DNA from: Rhina ancylostomus
Lineage: Eukaryota
Direction: 5' to 3'
Assembly (NCBI GenBank): GCA_030265395.1
Contig: JARFYF010000058.1
Span: forward strand, 23,133,739 to 23,197,647
DNA length: 63,909 nucleotides
Position 1 is the first letter of the stretch; each line of letters begins with the position of its first letter. Positions 1-58,313 of this stretch are shown here, piece by piece. The position numbers and the translations under genes are program-made. The notes under the pieces are model-generated. The model saw nothing but the letters and a program-made list of their open reading frames with translations. It did not search any database and was not told the origin of the DNA.

Positions 1-329
1 ACTGATTAATAAAGGATGTTTTGGAGACCGAACATGGTATTTAAAAAAACTCTTAAAAACAATTTTCTGGATGGCATTAACTCTTTGAAGGAAAATGTAC
101 TGTCCAGCCCTGAAATTTAAAATCATTTGTTGAATTATTCGAACTATTATTCACTTTATTTTCCAAATCAAAGAATTAAAGTATTTAAATTGTAATTTGT
201 GAGAATAAATATGCATATTGCTCACTTTGTAAATATAGTGTTTGTTATTCTTAAACTAAAGAGAAGTTTTGTGAGTGGAGTACTATAGAGGAAACCCACT
301 TGCTAAGGACAACTTCTAACTGTAATCAA

Positions 330-2070
330 TGTGACAAACTATTTACTCCCTCTTCTGACAGGAAGTAGAACGTCCTACTGCCCTTGTACTGAAAACATTG
401 CCTTCCACTACACTCGTGTCCTCCATATCAAAGTGTAGCTTTGGCCCATGTGATTTCTCATAGCTATGCCTTTGTCTCAGTACTACTCTGGCCCCTTCCA
501 TTGACTCACATTTTTCCTGCACATCAACGACTGCATTGGTGTCACTTTCTCTACTCATCATAGAACTTGAAAATTTTGTTCTTGCTACTAATTTCCATCC
601 TGCTCTCAACTTTACATGGTCCATAAGTGACTCTTCCCTTCTATTTATAGATAATGTTTTATCTTCATGTCAGAAAAAAAAGGCTGCCAACAAACACCCA
701 TTACAAGCCTATAGGCTATACATCCTCCTTTCTTCCAAGAAAGGACTCTATTCCATTCTTCCAGTTTCTATTTTTCTGTCGCATTTTCTCCGATTATGAG
801 GTTTTTTTTACGCAGGTGCTTCTGAAATTTCTTCCTCCTTCCTGAACGCCATAGTGAATAGAGCACTCAACTGCGTCTCATCCATTCCACGCATCTCTGC
901 TCTCATCCCTCTTGTGGACAGAGCAGGGATAGAGTTCCTTGGTCCTTGCCTTCCATCCCATCAGTCTTTGTGTTCAATAGATCATCCTTTGCAGTTTCTG
1001 CCACTACAAAGGATCCCACATTGCGATTATATCTTCCCCTCCTCTCAGCATTTCAAAGATACTGTTCCCTTTGTGACTCCCTAGTCCATTTTGCCAACAA
1101 TGCCCCATCTTTACAATGCTTTACCATGCACTGCTGGTCCTGTCACCTCTTCCCTGCCCACCATGCACAGAAACAAATGGAGTCTTTCCAGGTGAAGCAG
1201 TGATTCGCTTGCTCTTCTTCCAACCCCGTCTATTTGGTGTTCACAATGTAGTTTCCTCTGTATTGGAGAAACCAAATGCAGTTTGTTTCTCTGCTTTGCA
1301 GAGCATCTGCATTGAGTCCATAGGAGTGACCTTGAGCTTCCAGTTGCCTACATCAGTTGCCTCCTGTCCTGTTGTTCAATGCAAGCCTGAGGAACAGCAC
1401 CTTATCTCCTGTCTGAGCACATTGCAGATTTCTGGATTCTAAATCGAATTTTCCCTTTTCAGATAACTTGTTTTCTCCATATCAGAACTGGCTGTTTCTG
1501 TTGTAAGTCATCCAGCTGTGATATTGGCTGAGTGTTTTTGGTTTTCCATTGAGGAGAGCCTAACCTGGTAATGTTCCACGGCCCTGCTATTTTTAACACA
1601 TTACAGTTTTTTGTCTGTATTATAACTCTTTAACTCCCCCACCTTCCCAATTAACCCATTTGACTGGATCCTCACAGCAATATGGCCTTGCACTATCACA
1701 GCAATTGCCTTTGTCCTATCCATCCCTATTCCCTTCACCTATTTTCCCCTGCAACTTGAAACTAGTTTTTCTCTTTCCCAGTTCTGATGAAGGGACTATG
1801 ACCTGAAATGTTAACACTCTTTTCCACAGCTGTTGCCTGATGTGCTGAGTATTTCCAGCATTTTCTATACAGGTCATCCCCAGGTTATGCAGGATTCTGT
1901 TCCTGTGAACTGTTCGTAACAATTCACAAGTCAGAATGTAACTGCGAACTGAGTTTCCTTGTGGCAAATCCATGCTGCCAGTCTCCCAAATGCTCATGTA
2001 TGTGCTATATCTATGTCGGGCTTTCATCAACTAGGGAGAAACTAAATTCTGGCATCTGCAGTTCTTTGAT
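330..2070 (+). mobile_element. Degenerate Penelope-like retroelement (RT + GIY-YIG + terminal repeat)
   Basis: Frameshifted RT remnants (INDCIG; ELENF...TNFHPALNFTWSISD; YKP...KDSIPFFQF), a GIY-YIG remnant (C-IGETK near 1260), and a terminal-repeat region with CTGATGA...GAAA at 1784-1808. Confidence 0.8.
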
Positions 2071-2459
2071 TTTTCAAAGATCACTTGGTTATTTTGAAAT
2101 AGAAATATATTGATTGGGTTTAATTTTTAAAATTTGTTTTATAGAAATGTATCATAGTCATCAATTTAGGGATGCAGCTTTCATTACATAGAGCTATTCT
2201 ATGAACTGAAGCCAGCAACCCTTTTCTAAGTGGAGAATGGGCTGCAAGACCAACAGCAACGTTGCTTGGGATAAAAGCCAAGTTTTTCAGAACTCATCAG
2301 ATACCATTTTGTCCAATGATTTCTGTTAAAATAAAGACTAATGGATTTAAACAAACAAGTTAAAAAGCTACTATATTGGAAGACAAAAGTAGGATTATTC
2401 AAAAGGGGATAGAAAAATCCTTTTAAAAATGAATTGCACAGCTTGATTATCCACAACAC

Positions 2460-2800
2460 TTGATGTAGATACTGAGAGGATGAATCTAGGGTTGATCAGT
2501 TTGTGGATGACTTGCAGCAGAAAGAGCCAGTTCTGATATAGACAAAGGAAATTATTTGAAGAGGGAAAATCTAGTACTGTCTGTTTAATATGGGAATGAA
2601 GATTAATTTCTAATGGTCATGAACCTTTGGAATTATCCACCCTAGACAGCTGTAGAGGCTAAATCGTTGAATATATTAAGACTGGGCTTTAAGGTCTATA
2701 GGGAATTAAGGGTATGGGGAATAGGCAGTAAAGTGGAGGTCAAAATCAGATGACCCACAACCTTATTGAATGGCTTGAGAGGCTCAATGACCTACTACTG
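2460..2800 (+). mobile_element. CR1 LINE 3' fragment
   Basis: Typical CR1 3' text (gaacctttggaat...gctgtagaggct...attgaatggc...cctact), similar to other copies in the window. Confidence 0.6.
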
Positions 2801-3009
2801 CTTACGTAAAATAAGTAGTTCTTGTCTGTTAGGAGCATCCACAAAGTATATAGGTAAATTGACTGCTAAGTAGGACTTGAGGGATGCATCTTCAAAGTAA
2901 CTAAATAACAATAATGGCCAAAAAATGCTCACAATAAACCAAATCTGGAATTTTTAAAATTATTTTTTAAATTTTTTATATATTTTTAAAATTTTATTAA
3001 ATTTTATTT

Positions 3010-3220
3010 ACAGCTTGGTAACAGGCCCTTCTGGCCCAACAAGTCCACACTGCCCATTTTAAACCCCAGATTAACCTACCCGTACGTTTTTGGAATGTGG
3101 GAGGAAACCCACGCAGACATGGGAGAACGTACAAACTCCTTATAGGCAGTGGCGGGAACCAAACTCGGGTCACTGGCACTGTAATAGCATCGTGCTAACC
3201 ACTACACTACTGTGCCGCCC
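3010..3220 (-). mobile_element. tRNA-derived V-SINE (HE1-like), CR1-type tail
   Basis: Minus strand GGGCGGCACAGTAGTGTAGTGGTTAGC (A box) followed by the V-domain GAGTTTGTACGTTCTCCC...GGGTTTCCTCCCACATTCCAAA. Confidence 0.85.
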
Positions 3221-3829
3221 CATTAATAATGGAATAATTACCATTAGATGCTGGGCCCCAAAATTTTGTGGATTATGTTGAAAATCTAAATCTTCTATTG
3301 TTCAATTGAATTTTTGATACATTACAAAGTTTTGAAAACAGCCTCGTGTGATTTTTCACAAATCTGCAGCCATTGTTGGACAGTTATATGTGGTCAGCTT
3401 GGGCAATTGTGATGATGGAGAGGGGGAGGACTGTCTCAAAATGTCATTAGATGGCAGGAGATGGGAAATGGCCTCTTGGGTATTACAATTGAATAGAACC
3501 AATGAGATAAGAAAAAACTCTGGATGACCTTGATATTATTTTAAGATTCAAATCTTAAAATTTATTCAAACTTCTCTAAGGTTCAGCTTCAACATAGTGC
3601 AGAATTAAGTATGACAATCTAGAGCAGTTGGGGAAAGGAAGTGCTGCTTTTGTTTTAATTGGGATTAAATTTGAACAGAGCACAAGTTGGGTATCTGGCT
3701 GAAGCTGGAGGAGCTGAAAATAGTGTATTACCTCTTTGATACCAGGATAAAAGATAACAAGTGGAGAGCACAAAACATTCTGGGGTGGGTCAGGAAGTAA
3801 CCAGAATTTGTGGTGGGAAGAAGGTTTGA

Positions 3830-4460
3830 GGTCATGCAGTTAGGGTTTTGAGAGCTAAAAATCAAAAGTGGTACCTTAAAAATAGTCCTCTCTAGATTGT
3901 GCCCAGTTTTCACATTAATGAGAGTAAAAATAGGAAGAACAGGTGGATTAATGCATGGTTGAAGGTTTAGGACTGGAAGGAGGGCTTCAGATTGTTGGGA
4001 TACAAAGTGTTCAGAAAAGATAGGGAAGGGAGGTAGGGAGAATACAGGTGACTGCTGTGTTACGGCCAGATGGGTACAGAAATTTGCCCTTACAGAATTC
4101 AAAGACCACTACCCAAAAATTTGAGATTTGAAATAAATCAACATTTTGTTTTCAACTTGCATTTCATGATGCATGTGCAGATGATGCCATATTGCATTAC
4201 AGAAAATCACGATACGGACCATTTTCTGTTACCATGCTGTGACACAGTGCAAAGGGTTAAGAAGTATACAAGTAGCAAGATGGAGATGATTCTAACCCAC
4301 TGAGAATGGAGCCATTGTTGGACCTGATTCTGGGGACTGAGATGCATTAGAAGTTTCTGGGAGGAGGTAGGGAGCAGTGGATTGTAGATCATAAGTTTTC
4401 AATTAATAATGGAGAGCAACAATGACAAGTCTAAAGTTGAATTTCAAAATTGGAGAAGGT
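3830..4460 (+). mobile_element. Old CR1 fragments (ORF1 esterase-like and ORF2 endonuclease remnants)
   Basis: Remnants such as INAWL...EGFRLLG and LLDLILG...DH, heavily decayed. Confidence 0.5.
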
Positions 4461-4475
4461 ATGTGGCCTAGACAC

Positions 4476-5283
4476 TGTTAAGAACCAGCAACAAAAGAAA
4501 CACAGGAGTCATGATTCAGTGTTAAAAACTAATTTATTAATAGCTACTTATGATAAGAAAAATAAAAGTAAAAATGTTAGAATGTTAGTAGTAAAAAATG
4601 TTAAACCTTAAACATTAACCTCAACAACTAAACTCATCATGTGTGTGTGTGGCAAATTCCCAAACTCCAAGTCCAGAAATGGTTCTTAAAGTTCAGTTCA
4701 GCAAGCCATAAGGTGAAACATGAGCAAAAGCTTCTTCAACAACCACCGTTGACTGAAGACAAGACGTAGATGTGGAGAGAAAATAGAGAGTAATTACAAA
4801 ATCCAAATGTTCCACGATGGAACCCAAATGACACCTCACTGTTTACTCGGTAGTGATTTCCTCACCCCAAAAAGGCACTCGAGTCATAGCCGTCCACACA
4901 AATATTTGCTTCCTTCTACAGGCCAGCAACAAAGTGAACTTCACTGCTTCGTTCCAAAGTATCTGCCACCCCGAAAAGCATCCAAGACGTGGCCGTCCAC
5001 ACAAATACCTCTTACTCTCCACAGGTTAACAACAAAATGAACTCCACTGGATTACTCCAGAAATCCCTATGTGGATTGTAGTGACAGATAGTTATTGTTT
5101 CTCATCCATTGATAGAGAAACTAGCAGGCTGGTGTCTCCCTCTCTCTTCCAACTGACTCCGACTGATTTCTTCAAAAACATTATGATGTCCTTTATCTCC
5201 TGTTGACATAAGCACGCCCCCCACACACACTATGCCCTATCTTAAAGGGACATTCATCAATAGTAACCTAGTCTGTAACTACA
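4476..5283 (-). mobile_element. Probable solo LTR (~810 bp)
   Basis: TGT...ACA termini, AATAAA near the 3' end (4538-4533), a ~103-bp internal tandem duplication, and a second copy at 63694. No clean TSD seen. Confidence 0.65.
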
Positions 5284-6086
5284 CAATGGAACCAAATATT
5301 GATAGGTGAAACTGATGTTAATTGGGAAGAGGGAAAAGGATAAGTCCAATGTATACTCATTGGTTAGAAGAATCAGAATTGATCTTATTGAAGCAAATAA
5401 GTCTTAGATGGATTCAGATGATGGATGCTGAGAAGCTGCCTCCCCTGATGCGCTCGTTCCATTTGCTATTCACTGGCAAGACAGAAAGGCTTTCTTTATC
5501 AGCAGTTGAGAACAAATTGCAATGTTATACATATCTTCAGCTCTGAACTGGAAGGAGTCTGACACATAAAAGCTGATAGCCAGAAGTTCTCCTCCTGCTC
5601 TCAGACTGAAGTTTGGCTGCAGCATGTGGCATTTTAATGCGAATATCCTTACAGAAGCAGATGCTTGCTGAGGATCAAGCATGTCAGTTGCTTGGTGTTG
5701 ATTTGGCCTCCTGCAAAGTGTCTTTCTCTCCTCTCTTCTAGCAGTTTATTCTGCCCTACACCCCTCTGCTCATTTTCCGTAATGCTGCAGACACCAAGAT
5801 GAATGCAGAAGCCTTAAAACAGACAAATTTCTTTAGCTTCAAGCTCAGTGCTCTCCATTAACATCTGCAACTTTTAAGGAAGTAACCAACATGATTTAAC
5901 AAAGCAACACGGTAGGTAATCTACTGTGACAACTAACCCACAAATACTTGACATTCGCTTTAAATGGTGTTGGGGGAGATCTTTCCTACTGGTGAAGACA
6001 TGTTCAACTGTGCATGGTTAGTACAAGAACATTAGTAAGCACATAAAAATTCAATTTGTATGCTGATTGACATGATTTTACTAGAT

Positions 6087-6372
6087 AGATATCTTTATTA
6101 GTCACATGTACATCGAAACACAGTGAAATGCATCTTTGCATAGAGTGTTCTGGGGGCAGCCCGCAAGTATCACCATGTTTCCAGCGCCAACATAGCATGC
6201 CCACAACTTCCTAACCCGTACGCCTTTGGAACGTGGGAAGAAACCAGAGTATCCTGAGGAAACCCACAGAGACACAGGGAGAACGTACAAACTTCTTACA
6301 GGCAGTGGCTGGAATTGAACCCGGGTCACTGGTGCTGTAAAGCATTATGCTAACCACTACACGACTGTGCCT
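6087..6372 (-). mobile_element. V-SINE with alternative tail
   Basis: A box, B box GGGTTCAATTCC and V-domain; closely similar to 62598-62886. Confidence 0.85.
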
Positions 6373-6749
6373 TATGCTTCTGAGAAGCATCAGCTTTGTG
6401 CATTTTAAACACTTACCAACATGGCAACCAATGTGCTTTGTGTTGCAAATGTCACCATAATCAAACAAATTTGGCACTCATGAAATCCAAACAACAGGTA
6501 CAATGTTTCACAACTTGTGGCCATTGCAGTTCTGTTATTTACTTTTATCTATGTTCCCTCTGTGCTGATTCTGGGCTTATTTTTTTTTGCTGAAGATAGT
6601 CCATTTTGTTAGTTTCAACTTTTGCATTCTCACATTTTAAAAATAGCTGGAATCTCTCTTAATAGACACGAGGCATAACTATGTCTATTGAGGTATGTTA
6701 AGTATTCCAGTTGTACATTGTAAAAACTAATTAATAAAAGAAGAAATTA

Positions 6750-9700
6750 GATCAATATTTAATTTATTTAATGTCATATTTTCAGTAACTTGCAGAGTTC
6801 AGTAAAATATATCAACTTTAACTTAGGAAAATCAAAAATTTCACCTTCTTTGATACAAAGTCAACTTCTTAAATATTAATTTTGGAACTTGGGTTAACTC
6901 TTTCCATTTTTAAATGACATTGTTTCAAGCAGTCACTACATGCTCTTTTTAAATGCACAACCTTCTGTTGACTCCTCATGAGATAACTTTCAGTAGTTAT
7001 GTATTACATTACCAAGTATTTCATTGATCACATAAACATTTTAACATCTAGGAGGTTTTTCATACTGTATTCCTGATCAATTTAACACACATATGACAAA
7101 GATATGTTTCTTTCATTCATTAATCTAAAGAAGCATTCAATTCATAAACTCAAAGGTCAAAAGATTCTAGTTCCTGAAGTTAATTGTACAACACAAACCA
7201 TCATATTAAAGATATCTGATACATCACATTTATTTTGACATATCTTAAATGTAATTGAAGACTACATTAAAATGCCTTCTGGATAACATCAAGATGCACT
7301 ACCAAACAATATGGTTGAAACTGATTTAGAGAGAAGTATTTTAAAATGTTAAGGTATTTCATATAATGGAAGAAATTTGTTAATTTTCTGGAAGTCCCTG
7401 TAAATCATATCAAGATACAGTATTTCTAAGTGACAATTACACCAAGTAAGACAAATTAATTTAGAAAATCTCTCAAATTTGTGTCTCAGTTGCTGACTTC
7501 TCAAAGGTAACCCAAGGTTGAATGTCTCAAAATAATTTACTGTACTTTTCAAATGATTTTAAGATATTTACAAACATTTTCGATCAATGAATTTGAAATG
7601 AATGACAATTTAGCTTGTTATGTACCACTAAATCAAGTATAATTCTGTCAAGTTTGAAGCAATTCACTTTGGTTACAAGTTTCAAATGTCCTGCAAAGAT
7701 TACTAAATGTTTACTGACATAATATCAAACTCAATTTGTGTGGGCACATTTATCAGTTACACCCTCTAGATTTCATATCAGAAATGCAGAACAGCTCACT
7801 GTTCCATTACAAAAACTTTGAATAGTACTACAGATGTCCAAATGGAGAATAAGCCATCAACTTTTTTTGCAGACTGTACACATTATAAACAAGCTGCCTC
7901 ATAACTAGATTTGAAGAAATCTGTAACGAATACTAAATATGTGAGGCATATTAGCACTAATTAAAATGAATGTACATGTCAAACTTAGTAAATGTTAACA
8001 CATTCCAAATATGAAAGAAATTCACCAAATCAACACATCTAGACTATTAGATAATGCATTATTTCTGTAGTTTTACTACAGATGAACAACACACTGTAGC
8101 CAGTGCAACATTCTCTGCAAAATATCCTTAATAATAAAGTAAGATTTACATATTAAATAGTACTTGGTCATGCTTTTGATAATGAAGCAGTATTTCTTGT
8201 AACAAAGATAATTGTTTCTTTGAGTTTGGGAAGGTATAGACTATTTGAAGTACCTTGCAAGCTTCATTTTACAAAGTTTTGTACCATTGCATAAGGTCAT
8301 TTTTTGTATTCCTTTTTCACTTTTCAATGAAAATGTTTTTTTTGTTGCTGAAAGTCATCTGCTTTCTGTGATTAGCATTAATCAAATACAATTGGTTAAT
8401 GCATATAATTATGTAATGTAGTTACTTGTTTAGTACAGATTCTGTTATTCTATTTATTATAGCATATACGAGCACAATTAATTGTGGGATATCAATTGCA
8501 TCATATATTGCCATCATGTAGCTTCTCACTACATAGGCACAAGCAAACCTGCCTAACATCAACAAAAGTAATTGAAACTATTTGAAATGATTTTTAAACA
8601 TATAAATAAAACATGCATCAACAAACAGTGATATATGAAAATATTAACCGCTTACAGCTCCCCTCATGGACATAAAGCTAAAACCACCATCCATCATTAT
8701 ACCAAACTAGATAGACCGGAAACTCTAGATTCCATCCCGGTCTGTGCTGAATTAGCTGATCTCAGCCACACCAACACTTAGGGCACCTTTGTATTCCCTG
8801 GGCTAGGAAAAGGTTCCTGTTCCTGATTGCTATTAATGTGTATGTGAACATTGGATGAGAACAATATCAAGCTTTGGTGTTGATGACTCTCACAATAAAC
8901 TGATGTACTACAATTCTATATATAGATTCACATAAGATAAATGTTACTTTTGTGAGTTAATATTGGTGCTATCGGCTATGGAACTATACTGTAATAAAAA
9001 AGCTAGAAGCTTCAGTACACGAAGATTAAATGGGGAAAGAATGTGGAAAAAATAAAAAACTTAGAAATATGACTACCTTGTACTTGCCAGTGTGTACCTT
9101 ATGTCACAAATTGTTAATTATTGTGTAGATATTATCATGGATCTGCATAATATTCACAGCTGGCAAAATATCTAAACTCTAATTGAAGTCTTCCAAGGAA
9201 TTCAAAGTATAATATATTATCAGAATGTAAACTCAAGGCTGTAATTTCATCTTTCTACGTCAGGGTATTTAGAAATCCTACCTGCAATCTGATATCATCT
9301 AAACTTCAAAATAAAATTATTGCCTTTTAAGTACTCTTGGGTTGCTCTTATTCTCTGCATAAATGTCAAACTTCTAGCAATAATAATTAATGGTATTTTC
9401 CAATGAATTATCTTCAATATCATTAGATTAACATTTCCAGGCCTCTGTAATATATGATACAAAGTCTGTGACCTTTGCACATTATCTGTAACTTCAATTA
9501 TATAAATAAGGGTCCAACCAGATTAGGGTAATATAAATAACAACAGAACCACTAAATCTAAACTATGATAAACATTTACTTAACAGGATAATTGCAATAT
9601 ACGCACTCGTTTCATTCATCTCCACTCACTATGGTGGCATTAAGTATTTTCTTTCACTTATCGATTTTTAGCTCTTATACTTCTTACCAAAAGACTGCAC

Positions 9701-10107
9701 CTTGATGCATTTGTTGCTCACCTTCTCTAAATAAAGGTCATGTCAAAGAAAGCCATGACTTTTCATAAATGTTATGTATAATAAATAACAAACATCTTGA
9801 AGAAACTAAAACAAACGTTAGATTAAAATTTCCTAAGGAGATTTAGTCACTTTGATTGGAAAGATTTGACAAGAACAATTCACCAAAATATGAGGTAAAA
9901 TGATCTTGTTAAATTATGGTTGTGAGGTTTTTATACAAGCTTCATAGATAAATATGTATTTACTAACCAAACTTGACCATGTGCTGCAGTGTCTATAATT
10001 ATTTTTACCTAACCAATTCATATTTTAGTTACATTAAAGGTAATGATGAATAGAATAATTTATATATTGGCTTTTCAGTCTATTATTTTTTGTTTTCCGG
10101 CAGTTTG
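6750..10107 (-). other. MEIOC: Probable MEIOC 3' UTR
   Basis: AT-rich, nearly repeat-free stretch after the stop. Minus-strand AATAAA at 8458-8453, 7234-7229 and 6768-6763, the last followed by a U-rich tract. The true end is unverified. Confidence 0.5.
8715..8990 (+). mobile_element. Old SINE-like insertion in the 3' UTR region
   Basis: GC-richer patch with a B-box-like AGATTCCATCCC followed by GGTCTGTGCTGAATTAGCTGATCTCAGC; family not certain. Confidence 0.35.
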
Positions 10108-54638
<44,531 letters not shown>

Positions 54639-56599
54639 ATACCCTCAGGTGGTCTTCCTCTGGCGAGGAGGACGGGGTGGCTGGGCTGCTGAGGCAATTT
54701 CTCAGGCGAGGAATGGGGATCGGCTGCGGATCACCGGGCTCCGTCTCCCCGCCGGACTCGCCCATCTGCTGCCCATTTACTGACTGACAGGCAGGCGGGC
54801 GGGCGGGGACCGTTGGGGAGTCCGCGAACTCGCGCTCGCGCACACGCGCCGAATGGACGATCGCCTCTCGCGCCCCTTCCCGCGCTCAGCGCGAGCGCCC
54901 GTCACATTGGTCGTCGGGAGTCCTGGGCGGGAGCGGCAGCAAGCCGCCGGCACTGAGGCGAGCTCCAGGCGGCCGTACACTCACGCCCCTCGAAAGCCCG
55001 GCGGTTTCTCCTCCGATTGGCTGGATGGAATGCGATCCGCGGATCTGATTCGACGCGACTCAGGCGAGGGAAACACGACGCCACGCTATTGGTTGAGCCC
55101 TCCCCGCCCACTGCCCGGGCCCGGGGGTCCCGTTGGCCTCGGCTGCTGTCGAGGTAGGAAGGTGCGAGGCAGCTGGAGGGTGCCTCGAACTTTTGAAAGA
55201 GAAGCCGACTTTATTACCGAGCGTAATTTACTCCAGTTGTCTTCACGCTACTTTTGTCAAATTACACTTTACGGACAGTAAATCCTTTCCAACGAAAAGA
55301 AAAGCTGCAACCGAGATAAAGTTTAGGGCTTTTTGGTTGAGTTGTGACATTTAGTTTGATCTTTGCCCCGTTGTGTGGAAGCTTTCCTTACCCTACGTTT
55401 TCTGGCAATAATCCTTTCCAGTCTTCATCAATATCCAACCTGGCTCTGACGACAGGGTAAGCATTAAGCAACGTGCCCCGGGAGAGCAAATATCTCTACA
55501 GAAATCGTTCTTACCTTCCACAACATCTTCGTCTTTGACAAACGATTGGCAATCACTTTGATCAACAGTATCTCTCACATATACGCATTTATATAGAAGG
55601 TATTTTCACCTTCACTCAAATGCCGAAGACGCGTCTGCTTTTTGCTTAATTGGGTTATTTTCATTCCCAGTGAAACTTGTTCTATAAAAGGCAAATGATC
55701 CCAGCAGTTTACTGTCCAGAGGTGGAGTTTACGTTTATCTCCAAAACTTTATATTTGGTTCTGCGAAAGCACGACTGTAAAACATTACACCCTGTAGAAT
55801 GCATTTGTGTTTGTATTATGTCCTTTGCTCTCACCATTGTGGCCTGCAATTGGCTTGACCCATTCTCTTGAGAATTCCAAACCAACTTACAGATTCAAAC
55901 AGGTCCAGTAACTCAGAAGTTCTAAGACAACAGTTACCGGGAGCTTCTGGATTTGAATGACTCAGTTAGACCCAAATATAACTGGCTATCATGAAAATAA
56001 CTGAATAAATCAAAGGGTCTGTATTTGTTCAAATGCTCAGGCTTTACAGACAAATTGAAAATTCTAACTTGATTTTGAAAACAATCATACCTGGCAAAAA
56101 AGTTCAATTTTTGGATCACATCCAATAAAACTGCAATAATCAGGTTTGACTTTAATATAAGTACATAATTGAGAATTCATGATTTTATATATGCAAGTTC
56201 ATGAAAATGTAGATGATGATTCAACACCCAAATCAACAATGGTGTTTGAGGTATGACATGACAAACTGATCATCTACACTTTTTCTTACTCTGAGAATGT
56301 CAATCCTAGTATTACCTAAATGGATGAACGAATATCATGTGGGAAAATGTAGTGTNNNNNNNNNNNNNNNNNNNNNNNNNNNNNNNNNNNNNNNNNNNNN
56401 NNNNNNNNNNNNNNNNNNNNNNNNNNNNNNNNNNNNNNNNNNNNNNNNNNNNNNNNNNNNNNNNNNNNNNNNNNNNNNNNNNNNNNNNNNNNNNNNNNNN
56501 NNNNNNNNNNNNNNNNNNNNNNNNNNNNNNNNNNNNNNNNNNNNNNNNNNNNNNNNNNNNNNNNNNNNNNNNNNNNNNNNNNNNNNNNNNNNNNNNNNN

Positions 56600-57050
56600 C
56601 CTCAGCACCATTGATGTAGACAGGTGCATGTACACCGCCCCCTTTCCTGAAGTCAATGACCAGCTCTTTAGTTTTGTTGACAAAGTGGATGAGATGCAAT
56701 TTCTTGAAATTTGCAAAATTCTTATGGGGCTGAACAGGGTGTGTGTAGAGAGGATTTTTCCTTGCCTAAGGAATGTAGAACAAGAGGTCGTAATCTCAGA
56801 ATAAGAGGTAGGCTATTTAGGATTGAGATGAAGACAAATGTCTTCAGAGGATTGTGAATCTTTGGAATTCACTACCCTGGAGTGTCATGGAAGCTCATGC
56901 AATGAATTCATTCAAATAGAAGACAATAGATTTCTGGGTGTTAAGGGAATCAATGGATATGGAGACAATGCAAGGAAATGTACTGAGGTAGAAGGTCAGT
57001 CATGATCTTGATGAATGCCACAGGAGGCTCAAGGGGCCAGATGACCCTTG
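56600..57050. mobile_element. Rex1/Babar fragment (56600-56680 -) and CR1 3' fragment (56700-57050 +)
   Basis: KTKELVIDFRK.GG..APVYING on the minus strand; CR1 3' text on the plus strand. Confidence 0.7.
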
Positions 57051-57679
57051 ATAATTAAACATACTAACTTACACCAATACTGGATAAAATTTAAATGTTG
57101 ACTGTCTCAAGTTTGCACAAACCATTGAGTATTAATGGCAAATGATAACACCAACTTCTTTTGCACTGAATTACTTCTCTGATCAAATTTTCGTCTTTAC
57201 ACTGAAGAACCACCAATGTTACTATCTCAATGGGCAGAATATCTTGGAAATAGATAGGCTTCATTCTTGTGATGTCCTCTTCATTGCATAATGAAGTAAA
57301 AATTCGTAGAAACTGTAAACTTTATATGTGTTTGGGAAAAATTCTAGCTACAAAAAAAATAACCAAACATACAGAATAATTGATATCAAAGAATCGTGAA
57401 TGCCCTTGTGGTTAAGCAGAAGATGAAGAAGTGCTGTATATCTGTGCTTCCCTTTTGTTTCTTAGCCCTCTAGATCGTTTCCTACAATATTGGCTGCTTC
57501 TCCAGCACTAAGCTTAATGTCTTTTTCCTGATTCCATCCCATCATGTTCATTCTTGTCCATGAGATACATGCCCTGTTCCATTGATTGAATTTCCAGAAT
57601 ATTGATCAGCGAAATTCCTGGTCTCACTGTCATTGCAACTGATAGTATTAATGGTTCCTCTCCTCACATTTGCCCCCCT

Positions 57680-58313
57680 CAATAAGGTAACGTGCCTTAA
57701 TGACTACTGCCCGGTGGCTCTGACATCCACCATCATGAAGTGCTTTGAGAGGTTGGTCGTGGCACACATCATCTCCAGCCTCCCAGGCAACCTCGACCAC
57801 TGCAATTCACCTACTGCCAAAACAGGTCTACGGTGGATGCCATTTCCCTGACCCAACACTCATTTCTGGAACATCTGGACAGTAAAGGCACCTAAGTTAG
57901 ACTATTGTTTATTGATTACAGCTCTGCCTTCAATACTATAATTCCAAACAAACTCATCTCCAAACTCCTTGACCTGGGACTGAACACCTCCCTTTGCAAC
58001 TAGATTGTTGACTTCCTGACCAAAAGACTGCAACCTTAAGGATAGGCAGCAATACCTCTGCCACAATTATCTTCATCACTGGTGCCCCAGGGGACTGTGT
58101 GCTCAGACCCCTACTTTACTCCCTATACACTCACAACTGCATAGCCAGATTCTGCTCTGACTCTTATCTCCAAGTTCGCAGGTGACACCACCACAGTGGG
58201 ATGAATCTCAAATAATGATGTTGGAGTACAGGAAGGAGATAGAGAGCCTTGTGGCATGACAATAATCTTTCTCTCAATGTCAGCAAAAAAAAAGGAGCTG
58301 GTCATTGACGACA
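57680..58313 (+). mobile_element. Rex1/Babar-type LINE RT fragment
   Basis: [50 protein letters not shown]. Confidence 0.9.

Noticed and set aside
1-330. Possible 3' end of a convergent neighbour such as CCDC43 (AATAAA at 8 and 204)
   Set aside because: No coding exon is visible; the idea rests only on mammalian synteny.
3150-3220. tRNA-like A/B boxes (also near 6310-6370 and 62820-62886)
   Set aside because: These are SINE heads attached to the V-domain and do not form a complete cloverleaf.
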